Origin: a virus
Virus record (IMG/VR): IMGVR_UViG_3300035698_018280
Location: 99,888-163,887 of that record
Length of the DNA stretch: 64,000 nucleotides
Strand: one strand, 5' to 3'
Part shown: piece by piece, positions 1 through 10,877 of the stretch
Layout of the letters: each line of letters begins with the position of its first letter
Position numbering within the stretch: position 1 is the stretch's first letter
Notes under the pieces: generated by a model
What the model saw: only the letters and a program-made list of their open reading frames with translations
What the model was told of the DNA's origin: nothing
Databases searched by the model: none
Position numbers and translations under genes: made by a program

Positions 1-1533
1 ATTACTATCATCAATTTTTCTTTCTACCCAAATATAAACTACTTCTCCAGGATGAAGATTGCTTCCATTGAGTCTAGCACCGCTGACATCTATATCTACT
101 CCATTTTGCGTAAACGTTGCAGAAGAAAAATCACTGATTGTAAACGGTGCCGTATCTGGCAACGACATTCCCGTTATTGGTGGGATTTTACCAGATGGTA
201 TCAACTGAGCAGGAGCGGTATCAACTGTGTATTCATGACCAGAACTGATATCAAATGGCCATGGTTCTCCAAAGAAGAAAGTACCTGTAGCTCCATCATA
301 GCTTGATACAATCCTAGTTTGAGACTCATTTGGACCGCTATCAAAAGTTAGAGCAGCCGTCTTGAAATGGTCATCTACATGAACGCCGGCAAGCGTGGAC
401 TCAACAAGGTAAGTAGTCGATCCATCATTAGCAACAGACTGAAGTCGTTCGCTGCGAGGGATTTCGATAGCAAATCGAGGATTCGACAAACTATTTCTAC
501 TGGCAAGTTTGAAAAATACCTTCACGCTTCTAGCTATTTCTGTTTCATGATCATTTCTGATAGCAAAACATCTGTACTGGCTGTTACTATCGCTAAAAAC
601 AGCATTAAAGACATCGTTACTAACAAGACCAATAATCTTTATGCCATCAGGATGAAATCTAATCGGAGTTCCAAAAGCATTTCTCTCAGAAATAGTAGCA
701 ACAGAATCATTCCATTCTGAAATTCTTATAATCTCATCACCGATCTGAATTATGCTGAATTCCGTAAGTTCTTCATCCTCAGTCTCAAGTACCAAATCAT
801 AAAAAGAAACCGAACCTCTAAGAGTTGATTCTTTATAGATCCGTGTAGGGCTAGTATACCCGCCAATTGACTGGCTAGGATTTGCCTGAGCTAATCCTGG
901 TTCAACAGTAGTGTAATAATAGCGAATAGCGTCTTTAAGACCCTCGTTAGGCGTTGGGGCCTCGCAATCATCTCTTTTGAAAAAATACGCCCAACGCTCA
1001 GTCGCATCAAGAACAGGGCTTTCCTTCAAACAACGTACATCAAGAAACTGAGAACCATTTAAAACCTGCGCCTGTACGCCATTATACCTCTGTAGCGCTA
1101 GGGCTAATGATCTAAGAGGTTGTCCAGTAAGATGTTGTCGAATAATGTTTGCAACCTCACCATCATCAGTCTCAAAAATACCAGATAATGTAGATATGTC
1201 GTTAGTATCATCAGAAGCTCCCTGTATAAACATGCGAGCGTTTATATACGGCAGATAAGGATCAACCTTTGAAAATGAAATTCTAAGAACAGCATCAGTT
1301 AAATCATTTTCACTAAGATATGCTGCTACGTCTCCATTATCAATACCAACAATAACAGTATCGCTATCGCCTGTTCCAGAAGGCAAAGAAGGCTTGAGCT
1401 TGTCGATGTCTTTACCAACAACCTCTGCACCGCCGCCCGCAAAGCCATCATCAAATCCCGGTAAGCCCTTGCTTCCTTCAGTAACTTTGCTTGCTGAACT
1501 GAATATAGATGTTTTTTTAGTAATGTCTGCCAT
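1..1533 (-). CDS. Tail-associated structural protein (partial, >511 aa, runs off the left edge)
   Basis: Not in the ORF track. Translated by hand from ATG at 1533 (TAATG overlap with the upstream stop), MADITKKTSIF..., open to position 1. Contains QANPSQSIGGY, QYRCFAIRNDH and LHPGEVVYIWVERKI, which resemble motifs of phage virion proteins. Confidence 0.8.
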   Translation of the reverse strand, partial: MADITKKTSIFSSASKVTEGSKGLPGFDDGFAGGGAEVVGKDIDKLKPSLPSGTGDSDTVIVGIDNGDVAAYLSENDLTDAVLRISFSKVDPYLPYINARMFIQGASDDTNDISTLSGIFETDDGEVANIIRQHLTGQPLRSLALALQRYNGVQAQVLNGSQFLDVRCLKESPVLDATERWAYFFKRDDCEAPTPNEGLKDAIRYYYTTVEPGLAQANPSQSIGGYTSPTRIYKESTLRGSVSFYDLVLETEDEELTEFSIIQIGDEIIRISEWNDSVATISERNAFGTPIRFHPDGIKIIGLVSNDVFNAVFSDSNSQYRCFAIRNDHETEIARSVKVFFKLASRNSLSNPRFAIEIPRSERLQSVANDGSTTYLVESTLAGVHVDDHFKTAALTFDSGPNESQTRIVSSYDGATGTFFFGEPWPFDISSGHEYTVDTAPAQLIPSGKIPPITGMSLPDTAPFTISDFSSATFTQNGVDIDVSGARLNGSNLHPGEVVYIWVERKIDDSN

Positions 1534-2966
1534 TATACTTCTACCTCAACAAAGGCTATACCGTCATATATGAAAATAGATGAAGAGTTTCTAAGCAAAA
1601 CATATAGCAGAGACCCATCTGAATAAAGACGCTCTACTGGCGCATTGAAAGTATTCAAAAGGTTAACGGCTGTTTCATCATAAACGTACAACCCTCCTCC
1701 TAGCGATCCTAGATATAGTTTTCCTTTATAAGAATTCATCGACAGTATCTCTGAAGACGGATCAGTCAGGCTAATAACCTCGCTAGCTTCTGATCCAGTA
1801 TATCTGAAAATTCTAGCAGTATCATCTTCTGTTTGAACCGCAATATATACAACAGAGTTCAAAATTGCCAATGCATTGATGGGGTCATTTAACTTTGCCG
1901 CAAAACTTGTTCCCTCTTCAATCTTATATAAAGCGGGCTCTTCTCCATTGTAAGCTAACCAAATCGTATCATTAGAAGCCTGATAAATAACATCAGCAAC
2001 ATCCTTGTTATCAACATCAAAGAAGACTCTAAAACTTTTCTGTATATCAGTTGTTCTATTGCCTCCGTAGTCTTGGAAAAGAATTTTGAGAGTCTTAGTC
2101 CCATCTTCTTCTGTTAACTTGACATATTTTACATTAACAAAACCTTCTGCAGAACCTACTTCTTCGCCTTCTTGGAACTGCATTGAATGAGTTCCTGTTA
2201 TTTCATCAAACGAAAACAACTTGACTGAAACATCTCTTTCTCTAGTATACTCGTCTCCCTCGTTGATCTGTAAAAATCCCGCAGGAGGCTTAGTATCAAT
2301 TAGGAAGAAACCTTCATTGATAACCTGTATATCTCGAACATTGATTTCAGATGACTTGTTGCCTTTATCATCAGAAAGATATACGGTCAGAACATAATCA
2401 TCAGAAGGCTTCAATGTTGAAATATCCCAAACAATCGGACCTGACCCAACTGGTATTTTCTGAGCGATTGGGGACAGAGGTATATCAGCCTTGTCTGAAC
2501 TGAAGAAGATGTAATACTTAGCTCGTTGACCAAAAGTCCCTCTAACCGCATTATCATCAAGAACGATTTCTATAGTTCTGCCATAACGTCCTTGCGGAAC
2601 AGGATTAATAACCGCAGGCGTTGGAGGAGAAGCCCTTCGAACAGTAAACTCGCTTGCAGAGATAGACCAATCGCTACGTTCGCCGCGAGCATTGACCGCA
2701 GCTATAGCAACTCGAACTTTTTCGCTACTAAGATAGTTTCCAATCTCCCATAGATAAGACTTATTACCAGAAGGTATCGAAGCTATCATCTTCCAATCAG
2801 GCTCATCGAGTTGGTCATAGAATTCAGAATAATATATCTGATACCATACGGCCAGGCCATCATTAGAAGGAGGTATAATCTCTTCCCAACTGATCTCAAT
2901 AGCTCGCGTAAGAATATCTTCGCCGCCATTAGGAAATATAAGAGTTGGTTTGTTTGGTTGAGCCAT
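1533..2966 (-). CDS. Tail-tip protein with FN3/Ig-like domains and C-terminal beta-propeller-like repeats
   Basis: 477-aa ORF. PNGGE...ISW...VRVAIAAVNARGERSDWS (FN3-like), DTKPPAG..INEGDEYT Ig-like segment, YKGKLYLG/LYVYD propeller-type blades. Confidence 0.65.
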   Translation of the reverse strand: MAQPNKPTLIFPNGGEDILTRAIEISWEEIIPPSNDGLAVWYQIYYSEFYDQLDEPDWKMIASIPSGNKSYLWEIGNYLSSEKVRVAIAAVNARGERSDWSISASEFTVRRASPPTPAVINPVPQGRYGRTIEIVLDDNAVRGTFGQRAKYYIFFSSDKADIPLSPIAQKIPVGSGPIVWDISTLKPSDDYVLTVYLSDDKGNKSSEINVRDIQVINEGFFLIDTKPPAGFLQINEGDEYTRERDVSVKLFSFDEITGTHSMQFQEGEEVGSAEGFVNVKYVKLTEEDGTKTLKILFQDYGGNRTTDIQKSFRVFFDVDNKDVADVIYQASNDTIWLAYNGEEPALYKIEEGTSFAAKLNDPINALAILNSVVYIAVQTEDDTARIFRYTGSEASEVISLTDPSSEILSMNSYKGKLYLGSLGGGLYVYDETAVNLLNTFNAPVERLYSDGSLLYVLLRNSSSIFIYDGIAFVEVEV

Positions 2967-2975
2967 TCGTTATCC

Positions 2976-5900
2976 TTATGATTCTCCTGTAGTGTTACCG
3001 CCGCCGCCATCGTCGCCGCCGTCGCCGCCAGGAAGCGTAAAACCGCCATCGCTCGGAGGCGGAGGAGCAGGGACAGAAGCCGATCCGCCTGATGCGCCAG
3101 TAATCGGACCATCTCCGCCGCCAGACCAACCATCGCTAGCACCCTTTGCATTCCGACCATCAGTACCAAAATTCCTAGTCTTGTAGTAATTAGGATCTCC
3201 GAATGATCCTCTTATATCATCCTGCGTATAAGTATCAACAAAAGTTGTCAAATTATTGAAGACCGATATTTTTTGCTCAAGAGGAGCATTGCTGTCATCC
3301 GTATTTAGTCTCTCCATTGCCTCTTCGAGTGTAAACGGATTACAATTTCCAGGTACATTTACGATTATAACAGCCAAACCATCTCTATTTACAACAGTAT
3401 CATCGTCTTCAACTCGGAAAGCTCCGCCATAAACTCCAGGTCCAAAAACTGCATCATCCATTAGAGTCAATGAAAGATTTAACTGGTCATTCAGTCCTTG
3501 CTGAAAAACGCTCATAGTTAGATCGCCCAAGTAATCAAAGCGGCCAAGCTGTCGTAACCGTTCTAGAAGATCAAGTCTTTCAATATCTCTAAATGTAATC
3601 TTGACATAAATTTCGCTTACATCTTCAGTTTCTTCAGTAATTGATACAAGATTATCATCTGTAATAGGAGTCACTGTTTTGCTTGTGCTGGCAACTGGGA
3701 GGCTTCCAAACTTAGGTATCGGCTGCATAAGCTCAGCATCAAAGAAGAAATCAACTTCATAATCAAGCTCTTTATAAGTAGCCTGAATATCAAGACAAAA
3801 CTGCTGAGTCTTACCAAAGAATGTTAGAATTTCGCAACAAACTCTCTTAACTCCGTCAGTAGGAGATAGAACCCAGGGAGCAGTAAATCTGTCTTTACCA
3901 GTAAACTTAGCCTTAAAGAACTCTCGCTCTGTTTCAGTTGTTGTAGAATCCGTATCTTGCGATGGCAAATCAGGGCCTACAGGTATCCATTCAGTATACT
4001 CTTCATCCTCATCATTTTTCAAACGATAAGCATAGGTGCCTGGGACGCCGATGATATCAAGTTCTACAAAACAATCGTTAACAACAACGATAGGCGTTGT
4101 TAAATCAAGATATGTAGAATACGCAATGTAGTCTTTCTTGACCCTCATCTTCATATACTGATCGATATCTCTTTCAGGAAAATCACCAACCGTGTAAAAA
4201 CCGTCATCCGTACCATCTGTAAACTGACACGGACGAATAGCCTCGTTGAATGCTTCAAGAGGGCAGCCTGTGCTGCAGGCTCTTGAGTACATTTTTGAAC
4301 CATCATGGAAAGCTACATTTATATTTTGGAATGGATCGATAAAGACATCAGCGTCATAAAGAACCTGCCCTCCTTCATCTCCGAAGTACGTTACTCTTCT
4401 ATCAAAGTCCCCCTGACCGCTAGAAATCAATTCGTTGTTTTCTGCGTCCCAAACTCCAAAGAAGTAATCAGGAGACAAGCCAGGCTGATCTGCAAGTATG
4501 CGAGTATATCTATAATCTTCCCAAAGTATGTAGAAGATGTTATTTTCTGCTGCTGCAACATTTGGTTTCAGCGCATTGTCAGATGTCTCTGAAACACGGA
4601 AATCAGAGCCGCCTTGTCCGCTGCATGACCAATTTTTAGCATCTTTGTTCTCTCTCCATATAGAAGCATCGTCATAGAAGCAAGGACAATTCAATATGAT
4701 TGTCTGAAGCTCGCTAAGAACACCATTAATAAACGTCTCAATCTTGACCGTATACGGGACTCCGCAGAGAAGAGAACGGAATGCCTTTTGCTCGTCTGTA
4801 GGCTGAAGAGATATCGTAAACTCAGACATGAAGACGTTATCTTCAGACAGAGTATAATAGTCTGCAGGAATTTTTATAGCGTCAAGTTTTCTTAGAACTG
4901 ATTTTATGTCTTCATTAGTAGCAACGCCTGAGCTACCTCCAACAGGAGTAAATAACCAAACTCCTTCAGCAGCATTTTTATCAAACGTAAAGCTAAGCGA
5001 CGTATAATCGGTGCTTCTATCAGGAATAAGAACTGGAGTTATTGGAACAAATGTAAGCAAACCATTCGGTCCATCAAAGAATAAAATAACAGTATGATCC
5101 GAGCCGCCAGCAGTAATAGTCGTGTCAAGACGCTGCTTGTATGTCACTGTTCCGCCAAAAAAGTTCTCTTTATTACCGAGGAACTTGGAAGGAGCCCAAA
5201 AATATTTATCATGTGTGGTGGTTAGATCATTAAGTTTTATAGAGCCGTTACCATTATCAGAAACCCATGTTGCATCCGCTGTTATATCATTCGGCGAACC
5301 CTCTTTCCACCCGTCATTATTAACATCAAATCTACTTGATACAGCAAACGAAAATGGCATATTGGTCTGAGAATCCCATTCTGTAAACGGCAAGAAGTTA
5401 GGCGAATATACAACGCTTGCAACTTCTCCTGCAGGAACAGTTATGCCGTTAATTGGGAACGAAGTATAATCAGAAGTCCAATTGTCGGTGTCAATAAACG
5501 TTGCAGCCGAATAGACCAATACATCCTGTTCTGTATCAGCATAAAAACTAAGTTTAAAGTTTACATCTTTATCCAAAGTAGTATCGTTACTATAGAGAAT
5601 ATCAACATCACATCTACGAGACTGATCTGCAGGACAATAGAATACAAAGTCAGAAGTACCAGAAATGTCTCCAAAGGGAGTAAGTATTACCCGAAAAGCA
5701 TCCATAAATCCTGCGCTAACAAAAGTATTTAAGGTAAGACTTTTCCTATCCTCTGATATGGTAAAGAAATCTCCATCTGATTGCGGTTCTATTCCTCTTG
5801 AAGAAACAGATCCGTAAACAACAAGATCATGACCTAGTAACGAATCAGTATCATCAAGATCATTTGAATCAAATATTATTGCTGATATTGCCATATTGAA

Positions 5901-8900
5901 GTCAATAGTAGCAGTAATATTATTGGAACCAGATGTAGAAACAGAATCATGTTTGAAGTAAACAGATGTTATAGGATCGCCAGCAACAATGCCAGGCAAT
6001 TCTGTTAATCCCGTTGGAAAGCTAATTCCGACTCCTTGACCTGTATTGAAATCTTCCGAATCTTGTGAATCGATAGTTGTTGGCGCAGCCCCTTGAAACT
6101 CAACAACGCCTGTAAGGTTTGAATCGCTTTCATTAGCTCCATTACTCATATCAACAGATCCCGTGATATCAATAATATTGACATTGTTGCTTGTTGATGT
6201 ATTTACAGCGTCTATAGGATTATCAAAATCAACAGTTTCAAACTCAACAGTTACATAATAGACAATCCCTGCTAAGTCGTCTTCATCTGAAACATTATAT
6301 GTAATAACTGAAGCTTCGCCTTCAAGTAAGACAAACCCATCATAAGCCATTTGAAGATCATTGACTCTCCATCCGGCAATTCCGGTCTTTGAATTAACAA
6401 TCTTGAATAGGTCTGTCTTATCTCTATCTGAAAAAAACGACAAACGAAAATGGAATTGTCCAGAAACCGATGGGATAAAATCAAATGAAACTTGACAAGA
6501 AAGCGTGTCTGTCTCGCCTCCATAAGGATCATATGGATCAATATCAAGATTTGTCGTGTAGACATATTCATCAGCTTCATCTACGGAACACTGATCAAAA
6601 TACATATCATCAATCTCATCAGATGTCGCCGCATAAACCTGCCAGTCTACATTACGGTTATCCTGCCATGCAATCAATCTTCTACCTTTAGGGTCCGCAG
6701 AAATCGATGGATTTATACTCTGGCTTTTAGAATCAGTGATACGAGTATCAAAGCGGAATGGAGTAGATTTGTTACGAGCACCAGAATAATAAATTTCCCA
6801 ATAATCATCGCGGCTAGACTGAAAGGCGACATGAGGCTTGTTCATCTGATCCACATGTAAATCAGGGTTACGGTTCTGATGGTTATCAGATAACGTTATA
6901 GGAACTTGAGACATAATCTCGTTATCTAATGAAAAATTGAAATTGAACTCTTCTACCGAAAGTTGCAAAGCATCCCAAGCAGTATCAGAAGATAATTCAT
7001 CAAGAATATCATCAACTCCATAAACCCTTATGTCATCAAGGAGCCCGCCCAATACATGAACAGTTGTGCTTCCGTCACTGTTATATGAAGTCGGAGTTGT
7101 ATTTTCAAACCTGATTGTACTTGTTGTACTAGAAGCGGTGAACTTCATAAAATGGTCTTCATAGATAGTAACACCGCTATTTGCTGCCTTAGATGTTAGA
7201 GTAAAGGTCTTAGTGGTTGCTGCGGCAGATATTTCGATTCTTCTTCTAGTGCCTGCCCCGAAAATAGTATTGATTGATGGGTGAGGAGCAGCCCTTAAAA
7301 GAACAATGTAATCTTTGCCTATGACGGTTTGAATATCTTGTTCAATATAAGCAAGGGTGGAAGAGCTAGTACCAGAAAGCTCAATAAACCGGCTACCCTT
7401 TGCAGGATTGATAAATTGAGCATCTCCGCCTGGATCAAACCAATAAAGTACGCCCTGATTAGCAGTCCAGTTTTGAACTACTGTTTCTTCATTATCGATA
7501 CGAATAAATGTGTCATTCGGAGCAAGAGTTAGTTCAAAATCTCCATTATTTAGAATATTGTTTGCAGCAGTACCTATAATAGACATCGCCGTAGTATCTC
7601 TGTCGTTGAAACTTAATCTAGAATATCTCTCATTAGGAAAAATTGTTACAGGGCCAATACTAATATCATTAAATTCCAATGAAACAATAGCATTGTCATA
7701 TTTGTTTCCATTATAGGGTAAGAACTCATTTGTAAAGAACTGAGAATCTGCAGGGAATCCAAAACCAATATCATACTGACGATACTGATCGCTAAAATCT
7801 GCAACGAACGACTGAGCAATTGCTGGCTCGTTATCTACAATAACAGTAATATCACCGTGGAATCGATAGTCTTGCTCAGATCCGTATTTATCTATTTCTA
7901 ACAAATTATCTATATGAGTCGAGTTTGCCTTAGAATAATGAACAACTATCTTGAAGTTATGACTTATGTCTACACCAACATCTGTCTTGAAGGTCATAAA
8001 ATCGCCGAACTGTCGTACTATATGGTGGCGTTTTCTAGAGACTTGGCCTGTTGATTCATCTTCGCTCGTTGCGACAATAAGAACCATCTTATATCGCCCT
8101 GTATAATGAACCTCTTCAATCTCTTTAAGATAACCCTCACAAGAGCCTAGACTAATTTCATTGCGTTCGCAATATTCAAAAAGAGGTTCCTGATTAGATG
8201 CCTTGAAACGAATTTTTTCAGGCATAAGAGCTAGCATAAAGTGTCTAACATTGGCCGGGTGGGCTAAGTCAGCAGGATCCATAAAAGGAACATATTCGAC
8301 ATCGACTCCATGAGAAAAACCAGGAGCATCAGTTCCGCCCGAGATAAGAGAAGTTCTAAGATTTTCAAATTTGTAACACCCATTTATAGGTATTAGAGTG
8401 TCAAAGAACGGATCAAACTTATCGATACTCATTCTGTTTCCTTGGAATTCATATCTATTATCATCAGTTGGGGTAAATTGCGCCTTCCATTCAGAATAAG
8501 TCTTGTTCTGCTCTCTCTCAGATAGAGGTACATTTTGCAGTCCAGATAGATTCATATCAAAATTTATCTGGTAACTTTGCTGTGTATGCAATCCGTCAAA
8601 AGCTTCAGCATCCTCATTCGCCGTCAGTGGAAATACAGCCAATGCCCCATCATCGCTTGGGTTGCCATGGCACGCTACATGCTGGCTGTTGACAATAGAG
8701 ACGCCGCCATTGTTATCAAGAGCCCTTGTCCAGTCAACGCCAGTAATATGTATAGGATCTTCTCTAAGCGTCAGAATAGATTCAGAGATATCCGATTCTA
8801 TTTCTTTCTCTATAGCAGACATTAGGACTTGATTCATGATAATATTAGAGCTAGGCCCTAATACGCCGTAGTAAACTTGCGATGGGCCTGCCCTGTCAGA

Positions 8901-10877
8901 CTCCCAGGCGATATGAAGATTACCAACATAATCGACTTGAATACGGGCGTTCTTATTTTCTCCATCAAATGTTAATTGACGCCAATCAATATTTCCCTTT
9001 TCGGTATCATCTCCAAGTTTAAACGAGTAATAGAATAATTGATATGATCCGTTATCGATAGGAGCCTGGCATACAACATAGACATATGTCTCATCATCGA
9101 TATAATCTTTACGAGAGGCAACTACGGGATAAACAGATGGTATCTCTCGCTGAAAAATATCCCTAACATGAGGCAACGGTAAAACTTCTGGTAGATTCTC
9201 GTTCGAAGGATCTGTTCCTGAAGCAATAACAACAAACTTTTGGCAGTATTGATTTGCTGTGATCGTTGGGCCGAAATTATTATTGACGCCCTCTGGCACA
9301 GTAAATCGAATCAGCCTATCGCTTCTTGACAAAATATCGTAAGTTCTTGCGCCGAGAGTCGGTTCCAAGAAAACTACTTTATTACCTGAGTCAGAAGTAG
9401 CCTGAGTAGTTGTTAGTATTTCAATTGTTCTATTGCTATCTAAGCATGTTTCAAAATCGCTTGTTCCATCAACCTTATTTAGAGTTCTAATAGAAAAACG
9501 ATTCTCAGAGAACACATCAACTTCATTAGTTCTTTGTATTGCTTTAATACTCGCCGCTTGAGCATCTGCATTATCATTAATGGCAATAACAAACAATGCA
9601 GCAGTAGCAGGAGAATCTGATGTAGCCGTAACCTGTATTTCAAATAGCGCTCCACCCTCAAGACGGAACTCAATGCCAAGAAGCTCTCCTGCTGTAGCAG
9701 ATTCGAGAATCGCCGTATGGTAAAAATCAGAAGGCTTGAGCAGAGTTCCGTTGCGAGTTGGATTTCCTTCTGACTTGAGAGACGTAGGAACATGCGAAAG
9801 AAAAACCCTGCTAGCAAGGGTTAGTTCTTTATTGACTTCTACCTGCGTAAGCTCTTCGACAGAAGGATCGTACTGAGACGAAAACGCAATAAGGGCCGTG
9901 CCGTTTGGGAGGACGGTTGAAGATGTTGAATTATAGATACGGCATACGCCTTCTATCTTCGACGGAGATATACTGGCCTCATTGATAGGCCCGCAAAAGC
10001 CTGCTCTTGAATTGAAATAATCGCTCTCGCTATCATCTTTATCAAAAATACTCTCAGGCCCTACAACCGATCCATCAAAACAAAAATCATCTAATTTGCG
10101 TAGTCGAAGACCTGGCCCTGGCTCTAAGTCAAAGATAGCGCAATCAGGAGCATCAGGCAGATCGCTTGTAGCGGCTGATTGTAAGACTTTCATCTCTGCA
10201 GGTAAGTAATGGATAAAACTTCCTGAGTCATAGATTTCCTCATAGTTTTCTTGCTTGCGCGAAAAACTAATGGGGAACTGTTGCATAGCAGAGCCGCCCA
10301 TGGTTGAACCGCTAAGGACATCAATTCCTCGGAAAGTAAATGTGGCTTGGCCGTTGAAATTTGCCTTGGCTATAAATCGTCTACCGTTTATAAAGACATG
10401 AAAGACATTATAGGGTTCAGTTTCAATCTGAATACGAGCCTTCTCTTCAGGACCAATGAACGGAGGATAGACGCCAAGCCTGTCAGTTGTTGTCTTTCCA
10501 ACTGGGTTCTCAATCTGAAACGCAAAGGCCGAAATATCGGAAAGACGCCATTCTCCGCCGATCTCCTCTTCAACATTAGCAAAAATAGTTATGACGCTGC
10601 TCTCGACCTCTTCTGTGACGTTCAAATCGAGAACACCTCTCAAAGGGCCTCTGTCAGCGGGGGATGTAAGAGGAACGTCTATCCTCTCACAAGGAAACTC
10701 ATTGTCCAGCGGATCTTCGGTATCAATCGATAGAATTTGAGCGTTGACGCCAAGTGTGGCGTTTTCGAAGCGGACTCTCTGCTTTGTTCCCCACTTGATA
10801 CCGTGGAGTTCAAACTCAACCTTGCGTGTTTGGTTAAGCGTTCCGCTGAAGGGTTTTATTTTGAGCGTTACGGGCAC
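2976..10877 (-). CDS. Giant multidomain tail-tip/adhesin protein (beta-propeller blades, DUF642-like, laminin-B-like domains)
   Basis: 2633-aa ORF. Repeated blades (NLHIAWESDR, PHVAFQSSR, LIAWQDNR, YILWEDYR); NNGDFE...GGLLDDIRVY (~7020-7560); YFWAPSKFLGNK...FGGTVTY (~4806-5340); Gly/Pro-rich C-terminus. Confidence 0.7.
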   Translation of the reverse strand: MPVTLKIKPFSGTLNQTRKVEFELHGIKWGTKQRVRFENATLGVNAQILSIDTEDPLDNEFPCERIDVPLTSPADRGPLRGVLDLNVTEEVESSVITIFANVEEEIGGEWRLSDISAFAFQIENPVGKTTTDRLGVYPPFIGPEEKARIQIETEPYNVFHVFINGRRFIAKANFNGQATFTFRGIDVLSGSTMGGSAMQQFPISFSRKQENYEEIYDSGSFIHYLPAEMKVLQSAATSDLPDAPDCAIFDLEPGPGLRLRKLDDFCFDGSVVGPESIFDKDDSESDYFNSRAGFCGPINEASISPSKIEGVCRIYNSTSSTVLPNGTALIAFSSQYDPSVEELTQVEVNKELTLASRVFLSHVPTSLKSEGNPTRNGTLLKPSDFYHTAILESATAGELLGIEFRLEGGALFEIQVTATSDSPATAALFVIAINDNADAQAASIKAIQRTNEVDVFSENRFSIRTLNKVDGTSDFETCLDSNRTIEILTTTQATSDSGNKVVFLEPTLGARTYDILSRSDRLIRFTVPEGVNNNFGPTITANQYCQKFVVIASGTDPSNENLPEVLPLPHVRDIFQREIPSVYPVVASRKDYIDDETYVYVVCQAPIDNGSYQLFYYSFKLGDDTEKGNIDWRQLTFDGENKNARIQVDYVGNLHIAWESDRAGPSQVYYGVLGPSSNIIMNQVLMSAIEKEIESDISESILTLREDPIHITGVDWTRALDNNGGVSIVNSQHVACHGNPSDDGALAVFPLTANEDAEAFDGLHTQQSYQINFDMNLSGLQNVPLSEREQNKTYSEWKAQFTPTDDNRYEFQGNRMSIDKFDPFFDTLIPINGCYKFENLRTSLISGGTDAPGFSHGVDVEYVPFMDPADLAHPANVRHFMLALMPEKIRFKASNQEPLFEYCERNEISLGSCEGYLKEIEEVHYTGRYKMVLIVATSEDESTGQVSRKRHHIVRQFGDFMTFKTDVGVDISHNFKIVVHYSKANSTHIDNLLEIDKYGSEQDYRFHGDITVIVDNEPAIAQSFVADFSDQYRQYDIGFGFPADSQFFTNEFLPYNGNKYDNAIVSLEFNDISIGPVTIFPNERYSRLSFNDRDTTAMSIIGTAANNILNNGDFELTLAPNDTFIRIDNEETVVQNWTANQGVLYWFDPGGDAQFINPAKGSRFIELSGTSSSTLAYIEQDIQTVIGKDYIVLLRAAPHPSINTIFGAGTRRRIEISAAATTKTFTLTSKAANSGVTIYEDHFMKFTASSTTSTIRFENTTPTSYNSDGSTTVHVLGGLLDDIRVYGVDDILDELSSDTAWDALQLSVEEFNFNFSLDNEIMSQVPITLSDNHQNRNPDLHVDQMNKPHVAFQSSRDDYWEIYYSGARNKSTPFRFDTRITDSKSQSINPSISADPKGRRLIAWQDNRNVDWQVYAATSDEIDDMYFDQCSVDEADEYVYTTNLDIDPYDPYGGETDTLSCQVSFDFIPSVSGQFHFRLSFFSDRDKTDLFKIVNSKTGIAGWRVNDLQMAYDGFVLLEGEASVITYNVSDEDDLAGIVYYVTVEFETVDFDNPIDAVNTSTSNNVNIIDITGSVDMSNGANESDSNLTGVVEFQGAAPTTIDSQDSEDFNTGQGVGISFPTGLTELPGIVAGDPITSVYFKHDSVSTSGSNNITATIDFNMAISAIIFDSNDLDDTDSLLGHDLVVYGSVSSRGIEPQSDGDFFTISEDRKSLTLNTFVSAGFMDAFRVILTPFGDISGTSDFVFYCPADQSRRCDVDILYSNDTTLDKDVNFKLSFYADTEQDVLVYSAATFIDTDNWTSDYTSFPINGITVPAGEVASVVYSPNFLPFTEWDSQTNMPFSFAVSSRFDVNNDGWKEGSPNDITADATWVSDNGNGSIKLNDLTTTHDKYFWAPSKFLGNKENFFGGTVTYKQRLDTTITAGGSDHTVILFFDGPNGLLTFVPITPVLIPDRSTDYTSLSFTFDKNAAEGVWLFTPVGGSSGVATNEDIKSVLRKLDAIKIPADYYTLSEDNVFMSEFTISLQPTDEQKAFRSLLCGVPYTVKIETFINGVLSELQTIILNCPCFYDDASIWRENKDAKNWSCSGQGGSDFRVSETSDNALKPNVAAAENNIFYILWEDYRYTRILADQPGLSPDYFFGVWDAENNELISSGQGDFDRRVTYFGDEGGQVLYDADVFIDPFQNINVAFHDGSKMYSRACSTGCPLEAFNEAIRPCQFTDGTDDGFYTVGDFPERDIDQYMKMRVKKDYIAYSTYLDLTTPIVVVNDCFVELDIIGVPGTYAYRLKNDEDEEYTEWIPVGPDLPSQDTDSTTTETEREFFKAKFTGKDRFTAPWVLSPTDGVKRVCCEILTFFGKTQQFCLDIQATYKELDYEVDFFFDAELMQPIPKFGSLPVASTSKTVTPITDDNLVSITEETEDVSEIYVKITFRDIERLDLLERLRQLGRFDYLGDLTMSVFQQGLNDQLNLSLTLMDDAVFGPGVYGGAFRVEDDDTVVNRDGLAVIIVNVPGNCNPFTLEEAMERLNTDDSNAPLEQKISVFNNLTTFVDTYTQDDIRGSFGDPNYYKTRNFGTDGRNAKGASDGWSGGGDGPITGASGGSASVPAPPPPSDGGFTLPGGDGGDDGGGGNTTGES

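Noticed and set aside
8621-8636. 16-bp match (CCGTCAGTGGAAATAC) to the third intergenic repeat; shorter matches at ~32775, 60708 and 60874
   Set aside because: All lie inside coding sequence with no positional pattern; they cannot be distinguished from chance without statistics.
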